Below the pieces are notes generated by a model. That model did not search any database. It saw only the letters and a list, made by a program, of their open reading frames with translations, and had not been told where the DNA came from. Both the position numbers and the translations under genes were made by a program. This document shows, piece after piece, positions 12,363 to 24,682 of a stretch of DNA of 64,000 nt. This stretch comes from a plasmid. Where the stretch lies: the sequence record NZ_CP092205.1; one strand, given 5' to 3'. Numbering within the stretch: the first letter of the stretch is position 1; each line of letters begins with the position of its first letter.

Positions 12363-13325
12363 TTAGAGAAATCCATTTTCCTTGAGGGTCTTTTCGGTAA
12401 GGCCTGTGATTTCCAGGATAGTCTTTAGATCGATCCCTTTCTTTAGCATCTTACCGGCATCTTCCAGTTTCCCTTTTTCAATACCTTTTTCAATGCCCTT
12501 CTCGATACCTTGCTCGATACCCTTCTCGATACCTTGTTGTATCCCTTCCGAAATGAGTCTTTCCGCGGTTGTCATCGTCAATTCCTCATATTGTTCCAAT
12601 TTAGATCGTTGAAGGACTCCCTTCAATTCCGATGGCTTCAAATCTCGAACCCAGTAAATATACAATAACAGTTTCCGTAAGATTGCAACCCTTTTCGATT
12701 CTTCCTCGACTCCAAGTAATAGGGAAAATAACCCCGGTAAGTGAGAAATGAGTTCCAAATCCCCTTCCCGGATTTTTTGAACCACTCCCAGAGTCACTTG
12801 AAACGTGATACTTTCCAACTTCTCCTTCAATTCTATTCCTTTCAAATCGAACAAGTCGATCCTAAAATCCGGAATAAAGTCCTTGAGAATTTCCGTTTCT
12901 TGTTTCGTTAGAATGAATTGTTCCAAAAATCGATCTCCCAATTTCCATTCCTTTTCTCCGTGATAGAATACGAACGGAATGACTACGGAAAGAGGCTCTC
13001 CATTCCTTTGTTGGTTTCGATAGATTTCTGTGAGATATCCGAGTAGTTGGATGTAGATGCTATTTTCTAAATAACTTTTGTGTTCGAAGAGTAAATACAC
13101 GTTGGTCCGATTTCCGGACCTGAGCGGGATTTGGAACAGTAGATCGGTTTGTTCTTGTTTTAATTCTTCGCTTACAAAACTCGATTCGGACAATTCTAAG
13201 TTTTCCAAGTCAAGTAGTTCTACCACTTCCCGCGGGAGTGTGTTTTTGAAGAAAGTGGCTGCCTCTTTTTTGTCTTGAAATGTTTCTCGGATCAATCGAT
13301 CGTGCGGATTGTTCACTTCGGTCAT
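12363..13325 (-). CDS. Rpn/YhgA-like PD-(D/E)XK recombination-promoting nuclease (putative transposase family TIGR01784-like)
   Basis: 320 aa; N-terminal HDRLIRETF...DLLFQIP...YLLFEHKS nuclease motifs; C-terminal (GIEKGIE)n repeat tail typical of Rpn proteins. Confidence 0.7.
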   Translation of the reverse strand: MTEVNNPHDRLIRETFQDKKEAATFFKNTLPREVVELLDLENLELSESSFVSEELKQEQTDLLFQIPLRSGNRTNVYLLFEHKSYLENSIYIQLLGYLTEIYRNQQRNGEPLSVVIPFVFYHGEKEWKLGDRFLEQFILTKQETEILKDFIPDFRIDLFDLKGIELKEKLESITFQVTLGVVQKIREGDLELISHLPGLFSLLLGVEEESKRVAILRKLLLYIYWVRDLKPSELKGVLQRSKLEQYEELTMTTAERLISEGIQQGIEKGIEQGIEKGIEKGIEKGKLEDAGKMLKKGIDLKTILEITGLTEKTLKENGFL

Positions 13326-13573
13326 CCGATATCTTTGGGATATCGTTTGGGCAGGTCAATTGCATTTAGGAATGTGCTTCTTCTCGGATTTGGCTTTTTT
13401 TCCGGGACAACGAAATAATTTTCTCCCAAAGTTTTTTCGGAATTTCTGAATCATATTTGTTCATTTTATAAATATATTTTTACTCTTCAATAGTAGAAGC
13501 AGTTTTGAGATCGGCTTTAAAAATCACCAAAAAATAAAAGTAACAACTCTAGTGTTAAAATTCAAGATCCATT

Positions 13574-14464
13574 CTATCGGATACGTCGACTAAAAATACT
13601 AGCGACGATTTCCGCCCTTTTAGCTTTATCAATGGATGGATGTCTTATCGTAAAATCATAATGTGCATCCACAATGTTAAGCGTGACATTAGCTTTGGAT
13701 GCGATAAGTTTCAACTGGTACCCGTGATTATCTATGATTCGATACAAACCTAAGACGCCGAAAGAAAAAATTCGGCTTAAAAAAGGCAAAGGCGAACCTT
13801 CCATAACCAATTCTCGAATTTCGAAAGCGTCGTAATGCAAAATCGCGACTGACCACAGAATTGCAAAAATCAATAAACCGAAAGCAGAATAGGAACCTAA
13901 AAAAATAGATCGTAACGGTAAAACGTAGTTGAATACAAGAATGGTTAATAATGCGATCAAGATTCCTGAAAGCATCAAAAAAGAACGAATCCTTTTATCC
14001 CCTCGCTTTTTAATCATAGCATTACCTAATTCCAGGGAACTTTTAATAACAGATAAAAAACCAAACATCATAAGCAAGTGGTAACTAAATAAAGGCGAGA
14101 ACGAATAGTCTGACATATTATCGATCTTTGCATAACCACCGAAAAGAGAAATAAACGAGAAGGTAGGCAAAAGAATATATATTAAAATTGTTCTATAAAG
14201 ATTTAGCTTAAATTTTTTACCGATGATTAAGCATACGACCAAGTCAAGGAAAAGTGAAATGAATGGAATCGGAAATAAAATCCAATTCGCAAATATTTCT
14301 CGAATTGCAATCGGCACTTGCATTCGCATACCGAAGCCGATCATCCAGCCGGAAAGCATTAAACATAAGCCGAGGAAATATTTCTGAACTCTTGCACGCG
14401 GTGGTATGCGGAAAACATAAATTCCAAGGTATAGAATAAAGAATCCGGCTACATAAGTTATCAT
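13574..14464 (-). CDS. polytopic (about 7-TM) membrane protein with short cytoplasmic C-terminal domain
   Basis: 296 aa, 6-7 hydrophobic helices. Confidence 0.5.
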   Translation of the reverse strand: MITYVAGFFILYLGIYVFRIPPRARVQKYFLGLCLMLSGWMIGFGMRMQVPIAIREIFANWILFPIPFISLFLDLVVCLIIGKKFKLNLYRTILIYILLPTFSFISLFGGYAKIDNMSDYSFSPLFSYHLLMMFGFLSVIKSSLELGNAMIKKRGDKRIRSFLMLSGILIALLTILVFNYVLPLRSIFLGSYSAFGLLIFAILWSVAILHYDAFEIRELVMEGSPLPFLSRIFSFGVLGLYRIIDNHGYQLKLIASKANVTLNIVDAHYDFTIRHPSIDKAKRAEIVASIFSRRIR

Positions 14465-14497
14465 TCAAAAATCCTAAAGGGCATACTTGCCACGCCA

Positions 14498-15127
14498 TTA
14501 GAATTCTTTTGACGCAATTTTCTGTAAAGTTTCTTTTTCTAATTCTATAATAGAACAAACACAAAGTTTGCCCTTCAAATATAATCCGGGATAGTATATT
14601 TTTTCATAAAATCTGTGGGATTCGTAGGCACCGAATTTCTTATAAAATAATCCAACACTTTTAAGATTGATTGGATACATTCCATAAACGATTGAGAAAT
14701 CTTTTTCGATACAAAATTTGGCGGCAGCTTTGAAAGTTTCTCTTGCCGCTCTCCAACCCTCTAAACTATGAACAAACGCTAAAGAATTCCAATCGGCGAC
14801 ATTCTCCTCTATTACGGCGTAACGCCGTAATGGAACTTTTTCTTTTTCGTTGTAGATGACTGCATTCTCAATAGGGATAATGTTGTACGGCTTTTTTTCA
14901 ATAATACGCATGACAGAAAGAATCTCGTTATTTTTTTCAAAATAAAACCAGTAAGACCATTCATCGTAATTAAATGCACGCCAGGGAGTGTCGCTATACC
15001 CGGCATTTGCATATGAAACACGTAAGAATTCTTTGATTTTAGAAAGTTCCTCTCTCGATTCATAACCAGAAATCATTTTGATAGATTTATTTAAAATTAA
15101 TATAGACATAATTTTATTATGTCTCAT
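14498..15127 (-). CDS. GNAT-fold acyltransferase-like protein (LuxI/N-acyl amino acid synthase-like)
   Basis: 209 aa; weak pattern similarity to autoinducer synthase/NAS block (KEFLRVSYA...YDEWSYWFYFEKNNEILSVMRII); assignment tentative. Confidence 0.35.
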   Translation of the reverse strand: MRHNKIMSILILNKSIKMISGYESREELSKIKEFLRVSYANAGYSDTPWRAFNYDEWSYWFYFEKNNEILSVMRIIEKKPYNIIPIENAVIYNEKEKVPLRRYAVIEENVADWNSLAFVHSLEGWRAARETFKAAAKFCIEKDFSIVYGMYPINLKSVGLFYKKFGAYESHRFYEKIYYPGLYLKGKLCVCSIIELEKETLQKIASKEF

Positions 15128-15187
15128 TTATATTTAAAATCAAGCAAAGGTTTCTTTTTTTTATAATATTCTAATTTTCCAATCAAT

Positions 15188-15598
15188 CTATTTGTTTAAG
15201 TTTAAAACTAAATTCAATATCAATTCGTATTTATCGGATTTCGTCATTGAAAGGGCCTTTACGATTTTGAATAATTCAGCATTCTTTTTAATTTTGGTAA
15301 AAAATCGAATTTCATCATCGGTAAAATTTCCACCTCTTTTCTTATCTACAAACATATCCGCTTTACCATAGAAAACCCATTCCGCGGAAACATCTGTTAC
15401 ATATTCAAATGTTATCGCCATTGGCCAAGTCAAAGGAATTTTACGATTAGCAATTCTAGAAAGATTACTCGAAGCAATCTTCATGCGGCTTGCAATACTG
15501 TTTTGAGTTTCCCCAAAGTTTTTCTTTAAATATTCGAGGGCATAAGTAAACCGCTCTGCTATTTCCTCGCTAATTATTTCAGTATTATCATGTTCCAT
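15188..15598 (-). CDS. XRE-family HTH transcriptional regulator
   Basis: ETQNSIASRMKIASSNLSRIANRK HTH near N-terminus. Confidence 0.55.
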   Translation of the reverse strand: MEHDNTEIISEEIAERFTYALEYLKKNFGETQNSIASRMKIASSNLSRIANRKIPLTWPMAITFEYVTDVSAEWVFYGKADMFVDKKRGGNFTDDEIRFFTKIKKNAELFKIVKALSMTKSDKYELILNLVLNLNK

Positions 15599-15695
15599 AA
15601 TTTTGCACTATGCATTTTTTTATAATTGACAAAATTGCTTGATGCAATATATAAAATGAATCATCCTAAAAACTAAACATTGTCCTGGTCTATAA

Positions 15696-16469
15696 ATGTC
15701 TGATTTAGATTTAGTAAAATCCGAAACCAAAAATCTATTCGAAAGCCCCGCCGTTTTCAATTCCGCTCGAAAAATTTGTAATAGGGTATTTTTTCTACCA
15801 TTCTTTTTTAAATATTCTAAACAGATTCAAAACACTTTTGATTCTCGGTTACAAAATAATCTGCCAAAGAACATTCAAAATATCGACTTAGAACATATCG
15901 AATTCAAACTAAACTCGTTTCTCTTGAATAAAGACTATAACGACGAAGAGTTTCAAAAACCGGACTTTGCCGCTTTCCCTGGGTTATCAACACACCCAGC
16001 ATCCCATCCTTCGGATAGAAAATTAAATACCGGCTTCACGGATTTTTTGAATTTCAAAAGATTAGAGGAATCCAAACAACTGATTTCTATTTCTAAACTT
16101 CCGCATAATCTACTCAATATTGAGTTCGAATGCGGTTTTAACTCTCTCGCCACTTTCTATCGATCTTGTAATAAATTTTACAATTGTTCTCCCAAGGAAC
16201 TACATAAGTTTTTTTTAGATAATTTATCTGTTCTTAGGAAAAAAAACATATACGAAATAAGCGCAAGAAAATTAAAACTTTTTTCCTTAACTTACCGGAT
16301 TCAAATTTTCTCCTTCCTATTACTCTGGTCAATTCTTAGATCAATTTTAAGAGTCAAACACTCATACAAATTTTATTCGTCAATAGTTAGTTACCACCTA
16401 AATCAACATAATCGAATTCGTTTCCATGATTTTATAAATCAATGGCGCCCAAGTCCTTCCAATGTTTGA
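15696..16469 (+). CDS. AraC-family transcriptional regulator
   Basis: HTH_AraC signature [29 protein letters not shown] in the middle; divergent from 15598 gene. Confidence 0.6.
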   Translation: MSDLDLVKSETKNLFESPAVFNSARKICNRVFFLPFFFKYSKQIQNTFDSRLQNNLPKNIQNIDLEHIEFKLNSFLLNKDYNDEEFQKPDFAAFPGLSTHPASHPSDRKLNTGFTDFLNFKRLEESKQLISISKLPHNLLNIEFECGFNSLATFYRSCNKFYNCSPKELHKFFLDNLSVLRKKNIYEISARKLKLFSLTYRIQIFSFLLLWSILRSILRVKHSYKFYSSIVSYHLNQHNRIRFHDFINQWRPSPSNV

Positions 16470-17370
16470 TATGAATACTTTCGGATTTTATTATGGTGTT
16501 TTTCTTTATTCCTGTGGGGCGACATTAGTCTGTTTTAATTTTATCTTAGGAAATTTAGACAACCCCTGGAATTATTATAAACGCCTTTTATGGATTATTC
16601 CAATTACGATTTTTTTTTCTTATTTTATTCCGAATTTTTATTTTGTATCCATTATTGATATTCTTGGTTTCGGAATTTCTTTATTTACTACCGTCTGGGC
16701 TTTTAGAAAATTATTAATAACTCAAAAGCCGTTTTCTTACTTCAACCTTCCTGTGATTTCCCTCTTCATTTCTATTTGTTTTGTTTTAGATTTTCTTGGC
16801 GCGATTTTCGATAATAAAGATTTCTTACTGATTTCGGAATTGATTTCCGGTTTGGTGATCTGCTACACGGTTATTTTAGAACGGATATTTCCATTTTTGT
16901 TTTGTAAGGTGATCAGCTTAGATTTAGAGAATCCAATTCCAGATCATTTGTCCGAAAGCAAGCATCCTTCGAAACACAATCTATTGGATGGCGTCGACTT
17001 AATCAAAGTCGAAATGAAACTGAATTCTTTTTTAGCGTCCAAAGGTTTTAAAGACGAGGAGCTTAGACTCCCCGATTTCGCGTCAGCCTTAGGTCTTTCC
17101 ACTCATCAGGCCTCTCATTATTTGAACAAGTATCTGAGCATGAGTTATAATGATTTTTTAAATCATCACAGAATCAATGAGGCAATCAATATGCTCCGTA
17201 CCCATTCTAAATTTAATCTTTTAGATATCGCTTTTGAATGTGGATTCAATTCTTCCTCGTCTTTTCATAGGGCTTGCATTAAATTCACGGGAAAATCCCC
17301 TTTTAAACTTAAGAGGTATATTCAGCTGAATTCCGAATCGAATATAGAAGTAGATACTCAAAATACGTAA
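16462..17370 (+). CDS. membrane-anchored AraC-family regulator (4-5 TM N-terminus + AraC HTH)
   Basis: hydrophobic N-terminal 150 aa; C-terminal [28 protein letters not shown]; 8-nt overlap with upstream AraC gene. Confidence 0.6.
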   Translation: MFDMNTFGFYYGVFLYSCGATLVCFNFILGNLDNPWNYYKRLLWIIPITIFFSYFIPNFYFVSIIDILGFGISLFTTVWAFRKLLITQKPFSYFNLPVISLFISICFVLDFLGAIFDNKDFLLISELISGLVICYTVILERIFPFLFCKVISLDLENPIPDHLSESKHPSKHNLLDGVDLIKVEMKLNSFLASKGFKDEELRLPDFASALGLSTHQASHYLNKYLSMSYNDFLNHHRINEAINMLRTHSKFNLLDIAFECGFNSSSSFHRACIKFTGKSPFKLKRYIQLNSESNIEVDTQNT

Positions 17371-17529
17371 ATAACGTGAGTTTCGGCCTAAGAAAGTTTG
17401 GGCGAATCGCTCGCGACCGCGCTTTAACTCAATGTTGCTGCCTACGGTCGCAACATATAATTCGTTTTCGCATTTTGTTATACCGAATTCACGTTAATTT
17501 ATACGAGACTCAGGTTACGAAAGTAATTA

Positions 17530-17985
17530 TCAAAGTTCGCCATAAACAGATGTTGAAGTAAATTGATTGAAATCAAATAATTCGGAAGACTTATTAGCAC
17601 CTGGAATTCCTGTTGAAGTATCGACACGATCAAATCCAGATGCTATAAAAATTTTCGATCCATTAACTAAATTAGCCGTATGTCCCGATCTCTTCGTTTG
17701 CATCTGTCCAGACCCTACAACTGTCATACTTCCTGTATCATATAACTCACAAGAAGAAAGAATAGGAGATCCCGTAAGAATTTGATTCCCCCCACATAAT
17801 ATAATTCTATTTGAGGCAGTAGAGACGGCAGTATGCCCTACCCTAAACTCACTTATATTTCCTACCGAAGAAAATGTATTCAAACCTGAATCATATAATT
17901 CCACTACTTTCGTATTCGATACGAAAGGCGGAGTTGTTACTTTATAAGTAACCACCCAACTAACCACACCTTCCGCTAATTTCAA
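17530..17985 (-). pseudogene. 3' fragment of kelch-repeat lipoprotein gene split by IS66 element
   Basis: first 13 codons are IS-derived, the rest (YKVTTPPF...) continues in frame the N-terminal fragment at 20354-21134. Confidence 0.7.
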
Positions 17986-18006
17986 AAATCTGTTAAAATC
18001 CTTTTA

Positions 18007-18294
18007 ATGAAAAAACCGAATATCGATTGGCAAAAAGAGTTTGAAGATTTTTCCAAAAGCGGACTTTCCCAGCCTCAGTATTGTAAAGAAAAAGGGATTA
18101 AATATACGACGTTTCGTTACCATTGGGAGAGACGATTAAAAAAACAGGACAAAGACGGCTTTGTAGAAGTGCCTCACTCAGCATTAAACGTTAGCTCTGC
18201 TTCAGGGTCTGAATTTTTGACTCTAAAAATAGATTCGTCAGGTAAGGCGCATCTTCAAATGAATCTTCAGTTTAGTCTTGGTATATGGAGCTAA
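18007..18294 (+). CDS. IS66 Orf1 (TnpA-like HTH protein)
   Basis: 95 aa; position and size typical of IS66 orf1. Confidence 0.6.
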   Translation: MKKPNIDWQKEFEDFSKSGLSQPQYCKEKGIKYTTFRYHWERRLKKQDKDGFVEVPHSALNVSSASGSEFLTLKIDSSGKAHLQMNLQFSLGIWS

Positions 18295-18632
18295 ACCCGG
18301 GTAGCAGAAAAGTGTATTTGAGACCTGGGGTCACAGATTTAAGGAAGTCAATCAATACACTTGCGATCATCGTAGAGGGCAGAATGAAGAAGGACCCATA
18401 TTCAGAGAGCCTATTTTTATTCTGCAATCGTAAGAAGGACAAACTGAAAATGCTTTATTGGGACAAGAGTGGATTTTGTCTTTGGCAGAAGAGATTGGAA
18501 GAAAGCAAATTTCCGTGGCCGAACACGGAGGAAGAAGTTCAAAAGATTCCCGTGGAAAGATTTCATTGGCTATTGAACGGAATTGATTTTTTCAAGGAAC
18601 ACAAGAAACTAAAATATCAGAAAGTAAGCTGA
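18285..18632 (+). CDS. IS66 Orf2 (TnpB)
   Basis: 115 aa; LRPGVTDLRKSINTLAIIVEG...LFLFCNRKKDKLKMLYWDKSGFCLWQKRLE matches IS66 TnpB family. Confidence 0.75.
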   Translation: MELNPGSRKVYLRPGVTDLRKSINTLAIIVEGRMKKDPYSESLFLFCNRKKDKLKMLYWDKSGFCLWQKRLEESKFPWPNTEEEVQKIPVERFHWLLNGIDFFKEHKKLKYQKVS

Positions 18633-18674
18633 AACGATTGACTAAAACTTTGTGTTGATTACAACTTCATCATC

Positions 18675-20336
<1,662 letters not shown>

Positions 20337-21203
20337 TCGCTTACCTTTATAACCTCCGGTTACTAAAACATTTCCATTAGATAAAAGATTCGCCACATGC
20401 AAAGTTCGAGAAACACTTAAACTTCCTGATGAGGAAAATGTCAACGTGGTCGGATCAAAAAGCTCAGAAGTAGCGACAGTAGCTTGGCCATTATCCAATC
20501 CGCCAATGATTAAAATTTTACCATTGTTTAATTTGGTAGAAGTATGAAGGCAACGATTGAAATTTAAATTACCAGCAGGAGCAATTGTAAGGTTAGTAGG
20601 ATCAAATAGTTCTACACTTCTTAAAATAGAATCTGCCTTTCCTCCTGCAATAAGCACTCTACCATCATTCAAAAGATCTAAACTAAAATCTGAACGGCCT
20701 TGATTTAAATTTGGCCCACTAATTATAGAATTTGTTAAAGGATCGTAAATTTCAGTTTGAATTAAAGGAGGAGCAGCATTCGACGCCGCGCTTAACGGAC
20801 TAGGATTACCGCCAACGATAAAGACTCTTCCATCCAATAGACGAATAGATTTAAAATTTGAACGCGCAAACCTCATGCTATTTACTTGAAATATAGTATT
20901 TTGAATAGGATCAAATTGAAAGATATCATTATATACTTTGAAACCATTTTGACCGCCTATTATCAAAATATTATTCCCGATCGGGACAGAAACATGGCCA
21001 TATCTACCATATTTCTGCGCATTAATTAACAAAAGAGCAAGTAAACCTAATTTTTTAGTATCATCGTCATCTGATGGATTACATTGCAAAAAAAGAAATG
21101 CCCCAATCAGAAATTTAACAAATAAGTATTTCATACAACTACCGCGTTTTTATTTATAATTTATTATATCAATATTCAATTTTTTGAAAATTTTAAGACC
21201 TAT

Positions 21204-21941
21204 CTAATTCGGTGGTTCAACAGACTTGTTGTCCTCATCTAAGATCAGTCCAGAGCTGCTTTCATTTTCAGAAGGCGGCGGAATTGTTGGAGTCGCAGGT
21301 TCATCCGGAGCTGGCAATGGGCATGCTGGGGAAGGATAAACAATACATTCTCCGCACTGAATAACCCCTTGAACCATTTGACAAGTCGGGTTATCGTTTT
21401 TTGGTTTATTATTATCATTCGTGGTTCCATTTCCCCCACTTTTTAAATACGGATTTGAAAAATAAATGATTTCCATAATATGGCTTCGCAGACTTCTTCT
21501 TTTTTCTCTACTTTTCAGTGCTTGGCCATTTTGATTATTACGAGTTGTTCTTTGTGTCCATTTTAGAATGCCCTTATAAGCGTTTTCTAAACCTTTCGTT
21601 ATATCTTTCGCATTAACTTTCTTTCCTATATAGCTACGATGAAAATCTTTTCCAATACTTTTTGTACTAGGTCTATTTCCATTATGAAAATCCTTCCCGA
21701 TCGCATGACCAACAATCCGATTCACCATGTGCATCAAACCGGCAACGCTTACATGACCGCTCGGATCTCGATAACTCACCGGATTTCCAGCTCCGTCCGT
21801 GATCATCGTAATTGAGCCCAAATGATCCGGATGATAGAAATACATTCCGGTTACCGACATTCCTCCCACACTTCCACCGCCTGTCATTCCTACTCCCGGG
21901 TTTTGAATACTAGAAACTCCAGGCGCAACATTCGCTCCCAT
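21204..21941 (-). CDS. orphan rhs C-terminal toxin cassette 2 (rhs-CT2)
   Basis: N-terminus GDKEGDPPWLLAMGAN...TGMYFYHPDHLGSITMITDGAGNP matches main Rhs 39073-43446 near its core end, then a divergent toxin tail; open frame extends to 21980 without ATG. Confidence 0.65.
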   Translation of the reverse strand: MGANVAPGVSSIQNPGVGMTGGGSVGGMSVTGMYFYHPDHLGSITMITDGAGNPVSYRDPSGHVSVAGLMHMVNRIVGHAIGKDFHNGNRPSTKSIGKDFHRSYIGKKVNAKDITKGLENAYKGILKWTQRTTRNNQNGQALKSREKRRSLRSHIMEIIYFSNPYLKSGGNGTTNDNNKPKNDNPTCQMVQGVIQCGECIVYPSPACPLPAPDEPATPTIPPPSENESSSGLILDEDNKSVEPPN

Positions 21942-22011
21942 TGCAAGGAGCCAAGGAGGATCTCCTTCTTTATCGCCATTTCACCATCCACTAATTTAAT
22001 TCTTACGAGAC

Positions 22012-22581
22012 TCAACTGAAACAAATATTAGTTAAAAAAATATTAACCGCTAATCCTATAACTTCGTTTTGTTTTTTTTCGACGTTTGAAAAAGGATACA
22101 ATATTCCACCCCATAGAGAATAGTATGCACTCCATGGAATTTTGATATCCAAGGCATGTATTTTCTGATTTTGCTTTGAATCAAATACAGCCATAGATAT
22201 GTTGGAAATTCGATTAGAATGAATTGGAAATATTCCCGCTGAGAGTGTCCCAACTATATTAAAAAAATTAAATGGTATGCTTGCCTCTTCCGAATATATC
22301 ATCTTATATTTAAGATTATTTAATTTCTTATTTGAAGATAGTTTAGTTTCTATATATGTTACCATCGTATCCCTATTTATATTATCAAAAAATCTAAATC
22401 TATCTTTTCTATTTTCATTTATTTTTTGATCTGGAAATTCCAATTTAATTTCTGAAAAAGACATACAGGAATTCGTGATATTTGAATTAACCAGATGATC
22501 ATAATTCTTAATTCTTCCTGTAAATACGCAGCCATGGAAAATGAAAATTGAAATGATTAACGTGCTAACTTTGTGAGTCAT
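22012..22581 (-). CDS. lipoprotein, candidate immunity protein for rhs-CT1
   Basis: 189 aa; signal peptide + lipobox IFIFHGC; starts at stop of CT1. Confidence 0.45.
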   Translation of the reverse strand: MTHKVSTLIISIFIFHGCVFTGRIKNYDHLVNSNITNSCMSFSEIKLEFPDQKINENRKDRFRFFDNINRDTMVTYIETKLSSNKKLNNLKYKMIYSEEASIPFNFFNIVGTLSAGIFPIHSNRISNISMAVFDSKQNQKIHALDIKIPWSAYYSLWGGILYPFSNVEKKQNEVIGLAVNIFLTNICFS

Positions 22582-23331
22582 CTAAAACATTCCTCCCGAA
22601 GACATTCCAATTCCAAAAGCCCCACCACCCGTGCCTGTTGTAGTTCCAACTACGCAGTTATAGGTCATTTGATAAGTTGTTATTGGATCATTAGTTGATA
22701 ATGAACCTAAGTTCTTTTGAAAATGATTATTCATAAAAACATATGCACACGCTTGTGAATTAGGAATATGTCGACGGGAATTAGAATAATCTATTAGATC
22801 TTCTGCATCTCTCCCAATTTTAGCCAACTGATAAGCGATAATGTATGGGTTTTTGACAATTATTATAGTTACAATGCCTGCGACTGCGTCGCTTAAATCA
22901 ATTGCCCATTTAACCATTTTCCGTTTAGAATCAAGCTTCTCTTGATCCATGGCATTTCCCCACAGATAACCATCATACATACCGTCCATAGTTCCCGTTG
23001 TTAGATATCCTAAAATAGCTCCCTTAGTTGAGCTTTTCATTCCTCTAAGTTTCGTTGGATTATGAAAGAACGTTCCATTATGGAAAAAACGATTTCCGCC
23101 AGTCGAAATTCCATTTGCACTCAATCTTTTGTCCATGTCCTTCGAATCAAAATCCTTCCCGATCACATGACCGATCATCCGATTCACCATGTGCATCAAA
23201 CCGGCACCGCTAACATGACCACTCGGATCACGATAACTTACTGGATTCCCATCCATATACATATAACGATTCATACCATTCACATTAGTCGGCACAACAA
23301 CAGAATCCGCTTGCAAGAACCTTCCTAACAT
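22582..23331 (-). CDS. orphan rhs C-terminal toxin cassette 1 (rhs-CT1)
   Basis: homology block SGLYYYKSRYCEPMLGRFLQADS...GNPVSYRDPSGH to main Rhs core end (TGLYYYKARYYEPMLGRFLQADS...GGNPIDRIDSTGY); open frame to 23379; divergent tail. Confidence 0.65.
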   Translation of the reverse strand: MLGRFLQADSVVVPTNVNGMNRYMYMDGNPVSYRDPSGHVSGAGLMHMVNRMIGHVIGKDFDSKDMDKRLSANGISTGGNRFFHNGTFFHNPTKLRGMKSSTKGAILGYLTTGTMDGMYDGYLWGNAMDQEKLDSKRKMVKWAIDLSDAVAGIVTIIIVKNPYIIAYQLAKIGRDAEDLIDYSNSRRHIPNSQACAYVFMNNHFQKNLGSLSTNDPITTYQMTYNCVVGTTTGTGGGAFGIGMSSGGMF

Positions 23332-23669
23332 TGGCTCGCAATACCTCGATTTGTAATAATATAAACCGGACTCTTTCTGTTATTGTAATTTTTGCGAGGC
23401 TCAGGTAAATTATTGCTTTCAACCGGCAAAGACTCACACCATACTTCTCTAGGTGCATTCCTATAGAAACTCGCAAAAACCATACGATCTTTCCCGCAAG
23501 ACTTAAATAAATCCACATCATCAACAAAAAAGGATGATCTCGCCTTACGTGGCACTTTTACCTTTTTTACTTTACTCTCATCAAAATTGTCGACAAGCCG
23601 TACGCTATAAGTTCTACAAGATAGCCCAAGTAATATTAACGCCAATAAATACAATTTAATGCACTTCAT
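23325..23669 (-). CDS. small lipoprotein (MKCIKLYLLALILLGLSC...)
   Basis: internal Met of 157-aa ORF gives SPII-type signal; 3' end overlaps rhs-CT1 homology region in another frame. Confidence 0.4.
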   Translation of the reverse strand: MKCIKLYLLALILLGLSCRTYSVRLVDNFDESKVKKVKVPRKARSSFFVDDVDLFKSCGKDRMVFASFYRNAPREVWCESLPVESNNLPEPRKNYNNRKSPVYIITNRGIASQC

Positions 23670-23973
23670 TTTCGGCTTCCTCACATTCAATTCCAACTGT
23701 GTGTGGACAAAAAAGCAATAATGTGCTTCCACAGATAATTCCATTAAAAAAACTATCGTGCATATTGATAACTCGTATATTACTACTTGGGCAAACATTC
23801 GCTCTATTAAGACTGTTATCTAAAGATACCCAACCTGCTAAAAAGAACGCTTTAAAATAGATTGTTTCAGATTTTCTTGGCTTTTTACTGTCCAAAACTA
23901 TATATCGATGATTCACACAAGAAATGCTTAATAAGCCTGTGGCAATTGATAACACTGCAATAATTTTTTTCAT
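23656..23973 (-). CDS. small lipoprotein (lipobox LLSISC), orphan immunity candidate
   Basis: 105 aa with N-terminal signal peptide/lipobox. Confidence 0.45.
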   Translation of the reverse strand: MKKIIAVLSIATGLLSISCVNHRYIVLDSKKPRKSETIYFKAFFLAGWVSLDNSLNRANVCPSSNIRVINMHDSFFNGIICGSTLLLFCPHTVGIECEEAENEVH

Positions 23974-24303
23974 TTTTCCTCTTACTATAGTTATTAATCC
24001 ATCGCGCTTGACGAAAGTGCCTCTTCGAGGTTACGTCTCTGAAGCACCTGTGGCAAGGAATTTAATCTATACGCCTTTTAATTTATCTATATTGCCGGAG
24101 GCGTAGCCTACTGATTCCTATAAAATAGAGTAACCGTTAATTTGAGCACAAATCCGCGTTTAGACGCAGAATTTTGGACACTCTATTATGTAGTAATTAG
24201 TAATTTCTATATTTTAGCTATTTTACGAATGCTTAGACTTATCACACTATGCTTTCCCGTAATTGAAATAAGTGATCGTCCCTGAAAAAATAAGATTATA
24301 AAT

Positions 24304-24504
24304 TTAAAAGTTGCGAAAAAAGGAAAATTGATCGAGAAACAAAAAGAAAGCTCGGAATGGCTTATTGAAATTACACCCTGAAGCAACTAAGATTGCATTG
24401 ATACGATCTTCTTCTTTGCTTTTGAGAAAATTACGAATCATATTGTGATCGTATTTGAAATGAGAAATGATTGACTCAATGGCAGATCTTTTGTTCATCC
24501 ACAT
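24304..24504 (-). pseudogene. transposase C-terminal remnant (IS4/IS5/IS1380-type DDE_Tnp_1 tail)
   Basis: RSAIESIISHFKYDHNMIRNFLKSKEEDRINAILVASGCNFNK resembles conserved C-terminus of DDE transposases; no upstream catalytic part. Confidence 0.4.
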
Positions 24505-24511
24505 CCTTTGT

Positions 24512-24543
<32 letters not shown>

Positions 24544-24682
24544 TTGGATTTTCTACTTTTCGCTCTATGTCTCGTTTTACGCAACCCAAATACGTTTTTA
24601 ACCGTTTCGTCTCCTTGTTGGCCCGTTTACTTTGTCTTGCATAAAGGCAACATAATTTAAAAGTGATTCTTTAAAAGAAAAT

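Noticed and set aside
12420-12560. Short periodic DNA repeats (ccttctcgatacc...) that could be mistaken for a CRISPR-like array
   Set aside because: They are in-frame coding repeats (GIEKGIE)n of the Rpn C-terminal tail, with no spacers of unique sequence.
17369-17388. 17-18-nt motif taaataacgtgagtt(t)cggc shared between 17369-17388 (and 31417-31436) and 55265-55283
   Set aside because: A single near-exact match of this length in 64 kb of AT-rich DNA is within chance expectation; no flanking structure supports an att site or element end.
17420-17465. Inverted repeat gcgaccg...cggtcgc after the AraC gene
   Set aside because: 26-nt loop and no T-tract; not convincing as a terminator.
24121-24200. 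Inverted repeat aaatagagt ... actctatt near the transposase remnant
   Set aside because: 9-bp arms only, 49-nt spacing; could be residual IS end but unsupported.
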